The translations under genes and the position numbers were made by a program. DNA of 32,000 nt from contig NC_017448.1 of NCBI RefSeq assembly GCF_000146505.1, forward strand, positions 1,170,001 through 1,202,000. Reading direction: 5' to 3'. Shown piece by piece: positions 7,014-14,418 of the stretch (position 1 is the stretch's first letter; every line of letters begins with the position of its first letter). The notes below the pieces were generated by a model that was not told the DNA's origin, searched no databases, and was given only the letters and a program-made list of their open reading frames with translations. This stretch comes from Fibrobacter succinogenes subsp. succinogenes S85 (GTDB lineage Bacteria; Fibrobacterota; Fibrobacteria; Fibrobacterales; Fibrobacteraceae).

Positions 7014-7985
7014 ATGTCCTTCATTCAGGATCTTAAGGAAAAAGTTCTCGGCGGTTATGAAATTTCTCGCGAGGACGCCATCAAGCTTTTAAGCGAAGAC
7101 CTCGACGAACTCACGAAAGCCGCTGACGAAATCCGCGAAAAATTCCACGGCGACGACTTTGATTTTTGTTCCATCGTGAACGCCCGCAGCGGTCGCTGCT
7201 CCGAAAACTGCAAGTACTGCGCCCAGAGCAGTTATTACCACACCGGCGCACCCGAATACAAGTTGCTCAGCGCCGACGAAATTGTCGCTGATGCCAAGAA
7301 GAAAGAAGCGGCTGGCATCCCGCGTTACTCCATCGTGACTTCTGGCCGTACGCTTTCGAACCGCGACGTGGAGCAGATCAGCGAAGCGCTCCGCCGCCTC
7401 AAAAAAGAGACGAAGCTTTCAATTTGCCTCTCGGCAGGTCTCTTGAACAAGGAACAGTTCGACAAGCTCAAGGAAGCAGGCCTCACCCGCTTCCACAACA
7501 ACTTGGAAACGTACCGCCGTCACTTCCCGGACGTTTGCACGACGCACACTTACGACGATAAGATCGGTGCGCTCCAGAACGCTCTTGCCGCAGGCCTTGA
7601 AATTTGCAGCGGCGGCATCATGGGCCTTGGCGAAACGATGGAAGACCGCATCGACATGTGCCTGGATTTGCGCAAGCTCGGCGTCAAGTCGACTCCGGTG
7701 AACGTGCTGAACGCCATTCCCGGAACGCCGTACGAAAACCTGCCGAAGCTCACGAACGACGAATTCTGCCGCATCGTGGCGATTTATCGATTCATCAACC
7801 CGAAGGCATTTATCCGCCTTGCAGGTGGCCGTGGCGTTTTGGGCGACGACGGCAAGCGTGCATTCAAGAGTGGCGCAAATGCGGCCATCACGGACGACAT
7901 GCTCACCACTGCCGGCGTAAACAGCTGCAAGGATTTCGAACTTGTGAAAGGTCTCGGATTCAAACCGCACGGATTTATCGGCTAA
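7014..7985 (+). CDS. bioB: Biotin synthase
   Basis: Radical-SAM CSENCKYCAQS motif and BioB-like sequence throughout. The track start at 7008 is a TTG. The ATG at 7014 lies 6 nt after AAGGAG. Confidence 0.92.
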   Translation: MSFIQDLKEKVLGGYEISREDAIKLLSEDLDELTKAADEIREKFHGDDFDFCSIVNARSGRCSENCKYCAQSSYYHTGAPEYKLLSADEIVADAKKKEAAGIPRYSIVTSGRTLSNRDVEQISEALRRLKKETKLSICLSAGLLNKEQFDKLKEAGLTRFHNNLETYRRHFPDVCTTHTYDDKIGALQNALAAGLEICSGGIMGLGETMEDRIDMCLDLRKLGVKSTPVNVLNAIPGTPYENLPKLTNDEFCRIVAIYRFINPKAFIRLAGGRGVLGDDGKRAFKSGANAAITDDMLTTAGVNSCKDFELVKGLGFKPHGFIG

Positions 7986-7994
7986 AAATAAAAA

Positions 7995-8030
7995 AGCGTT
8001 TTCGCAGATTCCCTTTTCTGCAAAAACGCT
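7995..8030. terminator. Bidirectional terminator between convergent bioB and the LanC-like gene
   Basis: AGCGTTTTCGCAGA-(8 nt)-TCTGCAAAAACGCT, with 13 of 14 positions paired. An A-run on the plus side gives a U-tract for the minus-strand transcript. Confidence 0.7.
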
Positions 8031-8052
8031 TCCGGATTCTATGTTTTAAATT

Positions 8053-9471
8053 CTAAGCAGCTTTTACCGGATTCAAGAAGAGATATTCTACCGTCTCAGT
8101 CTTGATTTTTATGCCTTTTTCGTGAGCGTAGAGATAAAGCAGTGCTGTACCGACACCAGCAGCGCCATCGTAAAGCCCCGTGTAGGTTTCTACGAAACCC
8201 GGCAATTTGCGAGTCCAAGCCGCAAACCAGCGACGTCCCTTGTCATCGTTCCAAGAATCACCTAGAAGCTTGTCTGCAGTGAGCTTCGCCTGTTCGATGT
8301 AGGATTCATCATTCAGTACTTCTGCCGTCTTCACGAAATGAGCGAGAACGCCAGGGGCTCCGCAGCAAAGGCAATAACTATTCCAATAACCCGGAGTATG
8401 CTTGAGTGGAGCGCCGGTCTTGAGGATACCCTTAGTGAGCAAGTCCACCCATTCCAAGTTTTCTTTGTTCTGAGTCACATCGAAAAGTTTGCGGAACAAA
8501 AGTGTTGTACCTACGGGACCATGGCAAGTCGAAAGGTAATAGAAGTCATGGAAACGCCCCTTTTCCGGATTGTAGAGATACGGAATCAAAGCACCATTTT
8601 CATCGCCCTCAACGATTGCCGAAAGGAACTTGACAACTTCATTCGCCTTGTCGAGATAAGCTTTTTCCTTAGTTTCTTCGTACAAGAGAACATTCAAGAA
8701 AGCGGATCCAGCAGCACCATGGCTAAAGTTAGGGAACACAGATTCCTTGGATTTCCAGCCAACAAGCGTCAAGTCCACGTTCTTGTAGTAAATGCCGCCT
8801 TCCTTGGCATGGACAATTCTCGTGTCTGTAAAAGCGACAACTTTTTTGGCCGCTTCTAGATACTTCTTGTCTTTAGTCTTGCGATAGACGTAAAGGAAGA
8901 AAAACGCGTAAGATCCATCGGCCATCAAGTCGGCTTCGGAGCTCCAGTGGAGCGTGTTACCGTCATCAACGCCTGCAGCGATGGAATCGTCAGCCGTGCG
9001 GATCAGGAATTCGCGGTAACGCGGATCGCCCGTATGTTCGTAAAGCTGTTCCACGAAAATTGCCTGCCCCGCCGGTGACGCATAGACACTCGTTCCCCAG
9101 CCCTTGACCGGCCAGACACCGCCGTCGTTTCCGTTCAACACATTATCAAAGAACTGTTTGCCTTCGTACGTGTTGAGGATGTATTCTGCTGCATCCTTTG
9201 CCTCTTGCAAATACGCTTCGTCCTGAGTGACATCGTAAAGTTGCAAGAAGAATTGGCCAATGCCAGCCGAGCCGGCATAAAGGCCCTTAGGCGTAATCAT
9301 CAGGTCGCCCTTGTACTCATTTCCCGGTTCCGGGCTTGCTTTCCAGTACTTGCCATGCGGCGTGACGACCTCATTTGTCTTGAGATACTTGACAATCTGC
9401 AAAACCGCTTCGAGATAATTTCCATTTTTGGAGGCGCTAAAATCTAGATTTTGAACAAAGTTTAATTTCAT
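8053..9471 (-). CDS. LanC-like (lanthionine synthetase C family) alpha/alpha-toroid protein
   Basis: 472-aa ORF with six spaced G-rich helix-start repeats: GLYAGSAGIG, YASPAGQA, SHGAAGSA, TCHGPVGT, LCCGAPGV and LYDGAAGVG. Each is followed ~20 aa later by D/E..YL..A. Cys and His candidates for a Zn site are present (TCHG, CCG, SHG). Its ATG overlaps the stop of the upstream gene (TAATG). Confidence 0.65.
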   Translation of the reverse strand: MKLNFVQNLDFSASKNGNYLEAVLQIVKYLKTNEVVTPHGKYWKASPEPGNEYKGDLMITPKGLYAGSAGIGQFFLQLYDVTQDEAYLQEAKDAAEYILNTYEGKQFFDNVLNGNDGGVWPVKGWGTSVYASPAGQAIFVEQLYEHTGDPRYREFLIRTADDSIAAGVDDGNTLHWSSEADLMADGSYAFFFLYVYRKTKDKKYLEAAKKVVAFTDTRIVHAKEGGIYYKNVDLTLVGWKSKESVFPNFSHGAAGSAFLNVLLYEETKEKAYLDKANEVVKFLSAIVEGDENGALIPYLYNPEKGRFHDFYYLSTCHGPVGTTLLFRKLFDVTQNKENLEWVDLLTKGILKTGAPLKHTPGYWNSYCLCCGAPGVLAHFVKTAEVLNDESYIEQAKLTADKLLGDSWNDDKGRRWFAAWTRKLPGFVETYTGLYDGAAGVGTALLYLYAHEKGIKIKTETVEYLFLNPVKAA

Positions 9472-10484
9472 TACACAGCCTCACTTTTTTTCTTTCTCTT
9501 GTACAAATCCGTGGAGAGATACTTGTAACCGTTATCGGCGTAAATCACCACAATGTTCTTGCCAGCCGCTTCGGGGCGTTTTGCAATCTGGATTGCTGCC
9601 GTAAGAGCTGCAGCCGCCGAAGTTCCAAGGAAGAGACCATCAGTCTTTGCGGTTTCCTGAGCGGTCTCGTAAGCTTCTTCGGCCTTGATGTCAATGATTT
9701 CATCAAATTCAAAACCGTTATTGCGGTTATCCTTGATAATCGTCGGCACCAAAGATTCATCAACACGGCCAAGCGGGAGCGTACCATCGACAATGTGTCC
9801 CGTAAAATCAGGATTGTCCGGTCGAGAAGTCGGAGCGGCCTGCACGCCAATGATTTTCACGTTTGGATTCTTTTCGCGGAGGTAGCGACCCGTACCTACG
9901 ATAGTACCCGCAGTACCGCCCATAGCAACAAAGTAATCCACATGGCCATCCGTATCGTTCCAAATTTCAGGACCTGTTGTCTGGTAATGATATTCCTGGT
10001 TGGCGTTGTTCAGAGTCTGGCCCGTGTAATACTGGCCCTTTTCCTTGGCGAGGCGTTCCATACCCGCAATCAGATCGTCGAGCACAAGGCCCTTCTTTTC
10101 AAAGTCGGCCACTTCCTTAATGTCATAGAAAGATTGCAAATCGAGACCGTAGCCTTCAAAAATCTGGACGCGTTCAATCGTCGTACCGGGTTCAAGATAA
10201 GGGACATATTCGTAACCAAGAGCGTGACCAATACCCGCAAGCGCAATACCTGTATTTCCACTCGTCACGTCAATCAACGTATCACCTTTTTTGATAGCGC
10301 CCTTCTTTTCGCCATCACGGATAAGGGCTAGAGCAAGGCGGTCTTTCACAGAGCCAGTCGGATTCAAGAATTCGAGTTTACCGATAATGTGCGCTTTGAG
10401 GCCGTACTTAGATTCGTAATTAGTCAGTTCAACAAGGGGAGTGTTACCAACGAGTTCAGCAATAGACTTATGAATTTTAGACAT
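9471..10484 (-). CDS. PLP-dependent cysteine synthase-family (fold type II, CysK/CBS-like) enzyme
   Basis: 337-aa ORF with NPTGSVKDR (PLP lysine), TSGNTG and GGTAGT loops. It is longer than typical CysK, carries inserts, and ends in a basic tail KRKKKSEAV. Confidence 0.8.
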   Translation of the reverse strand: MSKIHKSIAELVGNTPLVELTNYESKYGLKAHIIGKLEFLNPTGSVKDRLALALIRDGEKKGAIKKGDTLIDVTSGNTGIALAGIGHALGYEYVPYLEPGTTIERVQIFEGYGLDLQSFYDIKEVADFEKKGLVLDDLIAGMERLAKEKGQYYTGQTLNNANQEYHYQTTGPEIWNDTDGHVDYFVAMGGTAGTIVGTGRYLREKNPNVKIIGVQAAPTSRPDNPDFTGHIVDGTLPLGRVDESLVPTIIKDNRNNGFEFDEIIDIKAEEAYETAQETAKTDGLFLGTSAAAALTAAIQIAKRPEAAGKNIVVIYADNGYKYLSTDLYKRKKKSEAV

Positions 10485-10538
10485 GTTTGAGAATCCTTTT
10501 TTGTTAAAATTTTTAATTTGTTAATAGATTAGATTATT

Positions 10539-11333
10539 TTATTCAGCATCACCGTAAATATTGACCTTGTTGTCTTCCTTGGTGGCGGTATAACCAGCAT
10601 CTACAGGGAGCTTGATGCCTGTAATTGCAGAAGCCTGATCGCTCGTGAGGAAAAATACCGCATTTGCAATTTCTTCAGGTTCAATCCAACGGTTTAAAAT
10701 GCTACGGTCTTCAGCGGCCTTACGGAGTTTCGGATCCGAATAGTCATGTTTGATAGCCATCTCGGTCTTGGTAAAGCCCGGAGCTACAGAGTTCACACGA
10801 ATGCCATAGCGCCCTAGATGGAAAGCCGCTGCACGTGTAAGCCCATCGACCGCGGTCTTCGAAATGCCATAAGCAAACGGAGTCCATTCTGCAAAGGAGG
10901 CGACAAAAGAAGAAACGTTCACAATAGCTCCCTTGATGCCCTTTTCAATAAAGACACGACCTACATGCTGAATCAAATAGAGACTACCCCAAAGGTTCAC
11001 ATTTTCGGCCTGTTTGATTTCTTCCGGGTCAAAGCTAAGCACGTTTTTGCGATGGCCAACAATGCCTGCGTCATTGAACAAGGCATCAATGCGTCCGTAC
11101 TTCTTAACGATTTGAGCAACGACTTCTTGACCTTGTTTGTAATTAGCAACATCCAGCTCGTAAGCGGTCACATCGGCACCTTGAGCGGTGAGCTTCGCCA
11201 CTTCGCCATCGAGCTGTTCTTTTTTGATATCCGTTGCGGCAACAGCCCAACCTTCCTTGACATACTTCTTGACAGCGGCAAGGCCAATTCCCTGTGCGGC
11301 ACCTGTAATAACGATAACTTTCTTTTCACTCAT
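10539..11333 (-). CDS. Short-chain dehydrogenase/reductase (SDR)
   Basis: 264-aa ORF with the TGAAQGIG cofactor motif, NDAG, and a catalytic YGISK (YxxxK). AAGGAA lies upstream of the ATG. Confidence 0.85.
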   Translation of the reverse strand: MSEKKVIVITGAAQGIGLAAVKKYVKEGWAVAATDIKKEQLDGEVAKLTAQGADVTAYELDVANYKQGQEVVAQIVKKYGRIDALFNDAGIVGHRKNVLSFDPEEIKQAENVNLWGSLYLIQHVGRVFIEKGIKGAIVNVSSFVASFAEWTPFAYGISKTAVDGLTRAAAFHLGRYGIRVNSVAPGFTKTEMAIKHDYSDPKLRKAAEDRSILNRWIEPEEIANAVFFLTSDQASAITGIKLPVDAGYTATKEDNKVNIYGDAE

Positions 11334-11371
11334 TCTGAAATTCCTTTTTTGGTTTTTGCGGATACACCGGT

Positions 11372-11393
11372 AAAAGCGGTTTCATTCGAAACC
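11372..11393 (-). terminator. Weak hairpin plus U-tract inside the operon leader (attenuator candidate)
   Basis: The minus strand reads GGTTTC-GAAT-GAAACC followed by GCTTTTA, ~40 nt upstream of the SDR ATG. Confidence 0.2.
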
Positions 11394-11477
11394 TTGACAC
11401 ATGTTATCCTGATTTGTTGTGATTCCTTTGACTTCTTTTCTATAACCGTTGAAGCCCAAAGGATAATTGGCTTCTGG

Positions 11478-11525
11478 TTAGTTTATTTTCAGAATGCCTT
11501 CCGGCATTCGACAGTCGCTACACAT
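11478..11525 (-). CDS. 15-codon Cys-rich mini-ORF in the operon leader (leader peptide or precursor candidate)
   Basis: The minus strand reads AAGGAG-CATAT-ATG TGT AGC GAC TGT CGA ATG CCG GAA GGC ATT CTG AAA ATA AAC TAA, encoding MCSDCRMPEGILKIN. The ORF contains the perfect hairpin GAATGCC-GGAA-GGCATTC (11492-11509). Confidence 0.3.
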   Translation of the reverse strand: MCSDCRMPEGILKIN

Positions 11526-11594
11526 ATATGCTCCTTCGAAAGCCAAGGTGAAGTGAAAGACCTTTTCAATTCCCTATCGTTCTTGTATGTTATA

Positions 11595-11623
11595 AAATTA
11601 GAATATACCTTCTGCAATGTCAA
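11595..11623 (-). promoter_or_regulatory. Candidate promoter of the SDR/CysK-like/LanC-like operon
   Basis: On the minus strand, TTGACA (11623-11618), a 17-nt spacer, then TAATTT (11600-11595). This implies a ~255-nt 5' leader. Confidence 0.4.
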
Positions 11624-11804
11624 GGCATAGAGATATACTATTTTATCATGGGTAGCTATAAGATATAACTATAACAATAAATACCAGATTATTGAAGGGA
11701 ACGCGCGCACAAATGCTATCCTAGACTATGATATTTATTACACATTCCGTCAAAACACCTTTAAAATCTGTTCTTGAAAGGTGTAATTAATTAAATTTCC
11801 ATCG

Positions 11805-12629
11805 ATGGCTTTCAAAAAACGCCTCATTACGAGAATTCTAGTGGTATGCAGTTTGGTGTTACTTGCCAACTGCGCTTTTCCCGTACGCCCAGGATACGAC
11901 AGAAAGAGCGGTACCTACAAGCGATACAGAGTAGCCACTACGGCTCCAGAGCCCATCGATACCACTGCAGTAGACCCACAAGAAGAACTTGTGCAAGAAG
12001 AAAGACTTGCTACTGCGTCAACAACAAGCACAGACTCGCTTACTTCCTCCGCTGAAAAAAGCGCAAACACAAAAGACTCTACGGCGCACTTGTCTAAAAC
12101 ACAAAGCAAGCCTGATTCGACGGTAGTTCGGAAAGACTCAATCGTAAAAATTGATTCCACAAAAAAAGATCCCGTCAAAAAAGAACCTGCTTCCAAGACA
12201 TCAACCGCAGCAAAAACTGAAACCGCCAAAAAAACTACAAAACAGGCGAAACCAGCATCAAAGCCTACAAACCTTGAAAAGTACGCCAAGGAATGGCTTG
12301 GTGCCAAATACGTTTATGGCGCGGCTAGCAAAAAGAAGACAGACTGCTCCGGCTACGTGATGCAAGTTTATAAAGGCTTTTACGGGATATCACTGGACCA
12401 TAACGCACAACATATTTATGACGATGGGCGCGGCTATTCCATCAGGCGTACAAAATTGCAAGAAGGCGATCTCGTGTTTTTCGGGAACTTCTGGAAAATC
12501 AGCCACGTCGGCATTTACTTAAAGGGAAACCGATTTATTCACGCCAGTACGAGTAAGGGCGTAGTGATTACCTCCATGGACGATAACTATTGGTCATCCA
12601 AATACAAGGGCGCAAGACGATTTAAGTAA
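11805..12629 (+). CDS. NlpC/P60 (C40) cell-wall peptidase lipoprotein
   Basis: Lipobox LLANC, a long Thr/Ser/Lys/Pro-rich linker, then a C-terminal NlpC/P60 domain with catalytic DCSGYV and ISHVGIY...FIHAS. Confidence 0.85.
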   Translation: MAFKKRLITRILVVCSLVLLANCAFPVRPGYDRKSGTYKRYRVATTAPEPIDTTAVDPQEELVQEERLATASTTSTDSLTSSAEKSANTKDSTAHLSKTQSKPDSTVVRKDSIVKIDSTKKDPVKKEPASKTSTAAKTETAKKTTKQAKPASKPTNLEKYAKEWLGAKYVYGAASKKKTDCSGYVMQVYKGFYGISLDHNAQHIYDDGRGYSIRRTKLQEGDLVFFGNFWKISHVGIYLKGNRFIHASTSKGVVITSMDDNYWSSKYKGARRFK

Positions 12630-12646
12630 TTACTATCTTTTTCCAC

Positions 12647-13519
12647 ATGAAAAAGATAGCATTCCAGGGCCGTCGCGGGGCCTATAGCGAAAGTGCCGCC
12701 TACCACCTGTTCGGAAACGATATCGAAGTCGTGCCGATGGACACGTTCGAACAAATTTTCCAGGGCATTGAAACAGGTGTCGTTGACGGAGGCGCCATCC
12801 CTATAGAAAACTCGACCGCGGGTTCCATTTACGACAACTACGACTTGCTTTACAAGTGGCGCCATCCGATTGTCGCCGAAGTCAAGTTGCAGATTGAACA
12901 TACGCTCTGCGCATTGCCGGGCACAAAGCTCGAAGACCTTACCGAAGTCCTGAGCCACCCGCAGGGACTCGCCCAGTGCAGCCGCTTTTTCGGACAGCAC
13001 CCGAACATCAAGAGCACCGCATTTTACGATACCGCAGGCAGCGCCGAAGAAATCGCGAAGCGCGGCGACAAGCACATCGGTGCAATCGCAAGCGCATACG
13101 CTGCCAAGTTCTACGGTCTTGACATTTTAAAGCAAGGGCTCGAAAATTTGCCGGGCGTAAACTTCACGCGTTTTTACGCCATCCAGAAGACCGCAATTGA
13201 GCTGCCGGACTTCAAGGCAAACGAAACCGTCAAGCCGCCTATCAAGACGACGCTCCTTTTGATGTTGAGCGATTCCAGCAAGTCTGGCGCTTTGTACGAA
13301 GCGCTCGGTTGCTTTGCCAAGCGTAAGCTGAACCTCACGCGCATTGAGAGCCGCCCGCATCCGGACCGTCCGTGGGAATACATTTTCCACCTTTCGTTCG
13401 AAGGCAATCCGAAGGACCCGAATGTCGTTGAAGCGCTCAAAGAATTGCAGCAGTACACCGACTTCATTTATCGCCTCGGAAGCTTCCGCGAAGGAACAAC
13501 GGAGAAACTTTCTTATTAG
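12647..13519 (+). CDS. pheA: Prephenate dehydratase (PDT plus ACT domains)
   Basis: 290-aa ORF with KIAFQGRRGAYSE at the N-terminus, the IENSTAGSI motif, and TRIESRP in the ACT region. There is no chorismate mutase domain. Confidence 0.9.
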   Translation: MKKIAFQGRRGAYSESAAYHLFGNDIEVVPMDTFEQIFQGIETGVVDGGAIPIENSTAGSIYDNYDLLYKWRHPIVAEVKLQIEHTLCALPGTKLEDLTEVLSHPQGLAQCSRFFGQHPNIKSTAFYDTAGSAEEIAKRGDKHIGAIASAYAAKFYGLDILKQGLENLPGVNFTRFYAIQKTAIELPDFKANETVKPPIKTTLLLMLSDSSKSGALYEALGCFAKRKLNLTRIESRPHPDRPWEYIFHLSFEGNPKDPNVVEALKELQQYTDFIYRLGSFREGTTEKLSY

Positions 13520-13561
13520 ACGAAAGACCAAAGCTAACCACTAACCACTGTTTACTAACCA
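13517..13561. repeat. Heptamer array filling the pheA-rph spacer
   Basis: The sequence reads TAGACGA AAGACCA AAG CTAACCA CTAACCA CTGTTTA CTAACCA, then CC-ATG (rph). The reverse complement reads ...TAGTGGT TAGTGGT... Confidence 0.65.
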
Positions 13562-13563
13562 CC

Positions 13564-14289
13564 ATGTCCTACACACGCACAGACCGCAAACCTGAAGAAT
13601 TTCGCAATCTCAAGATGACCACGGGCTTTATCTCTAGCGCCGATGGTTCCGTACTCATTGAAATGGGACGCACCCGCGTCATCTGCAACGCAACGCTCCT
13701 CCCGAAAGTTCCGGACTGGCTTGCCGGTCGCGGCACGGGCTGGATCACGGCTGAATACAGCCTGCTCCCGCAAAGCACGGGCAAGCGCGTGGAACGCGAG
13801 CGCAAGGGCGCGAGCGGTCGCACTCAGGAAATCCAGCGCTTGGTGGGCCGTTCGCTGCGCGGCGCAGCTGATCTCGCCGCACTCGGCGAGAACGCCATCG
13901 TCGTGGACTGCGATGTGATTGAAGCCGATGGCGGCACGCGAACGGCTAGCATTATCGGTGGCTTTGTCGCACTCGCGATTGCAGTGAAGAAAATCAAGGA
14001 ACGCCTCGGCATCACGCAACAAATTCTTAAACACGGCATTACAGCAATTTCCGTGGGCGTCGTTGACGGCAATCCGCTTTGCGACCTCTGCTATGTCGAA
14101 GACTCTGCCGCCGACGTTGATATGAACGTCGTCATGCAAGATGCCAAGAACTTCATCGAAGTGCAAGGCACGGGCGAACACGCCAGCTTTGACCGCGCCA
14201 TGCTCAACACGCTCCTCGATCTCGGCGAAAACGCCTGCAAGGAAATCTACAAGAAGCAGATGGAATTGATTGGCGGTGAACTGCCGTAA
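13564..14289 (+). CDS. rph: Ribonuclease PH
   Basis: 241-aa ORF with DGSVLIEMGRTRVICNA, GRTQEIQRLVGRSLR and DCDVIEADGGTRTASI, all typical of RNase PH. Confidence 0.92.
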   Translation: MSYTRTDRKPEEFRNLKMTTGFISSADGSVLIEMGRTRVICNATLLPKVPDWLAGRGTGWITAEYSLLPQSTGKRVERERKGASGRTQEIQRLVGRSLRGAADLAALGENAIVVDCDVIEADGGTRTASIIGGFVALAIAVKKIKERLGITQQILKHGITAISVGVVDGNPLCDLCYVEDSAADVDMNVVMQDAKNFIEVQGTGEHASFDRAMLNTLLDLGENACKEIYKKQMELIGGELP

Positions 14290-14301
14290 TTTAGAGAGAA
14301 G

Positions 14302-14322
14302 ATGGCGGATCTAGTCCGCCAT
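14302..14322. terminator. Hairpin 1 in the convergent rph/lipoprotein spacer
   Basis: ATGGCGGA-TCTAG-TCCGCCAT, a perfect 8-bp stem with no clear U-tract. Confidence 0.35.
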
Positions 14323-14340
14323 GGCGTTGCCCAGTTGGCG

Positions 14341-14362
14341 ACCCCGCAACAATGTGCGGGGT
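14341..14362. terminator. Hairpin 2 in the convergent spacer
   Basis: ACCCCGCA-ACAATG-TGCGGGGT, a perfect 8-bp stem with no U-tract. Confidence 0.35.
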
Positions 14363-14391
14363 GACAAAGTAAGACAAATGTCCAGTGAACA

Positions 14392-14411
14392 CCCGCCGCG
14401 ATTGCGACGGG
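14392..14411 (-). terminator. Hairpin 3, directly downstream of lipoprotein paralog 3
   Basis: The minus strand reads CCCGTCGC-AATC-GCGGCGGG, fully paired with one G.U on the minus-strand RNA (C.A on the plus strand). The arms are identical to those of the hairpin at 17740-17759. Confidence 0.4.
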
Positions 14412-14418
14412 CTTCATA

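Noticed and set aside
11480-11580. Cobalamin-riboswitch-like words in the leader (AGGGAA ... GCGACTGTCG)
   Set aside because: The GGTG.AA.TCC segment expected after AGGGAA is absent, and the B12-box match is partial (GCGACTG versus GCCACTG). The operon has no obvious cobalamin link. A cmsearch with RF00174 would settle it.
8053-11623. Canonical class I-IV lanthipeptide biosynthetic gene cluster
   Set aside because: There is no LanB, LanM, LanKC or LanL dehydratase, no LanP or LanT, and no immunity genes. The only peptide candidate is a 15-aa mini-ORF without a recognisable leader. The locus is kept as an atypical system instead.
10818-11630. 270-aa + strand ORF spanning the SDR gene and the leader
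   Set aside because: It is antisense to a clear SDR (TGxxxGIG, YxxxK). It has no RBS or recognisable motifs, and it runs through the promoter and leader region.
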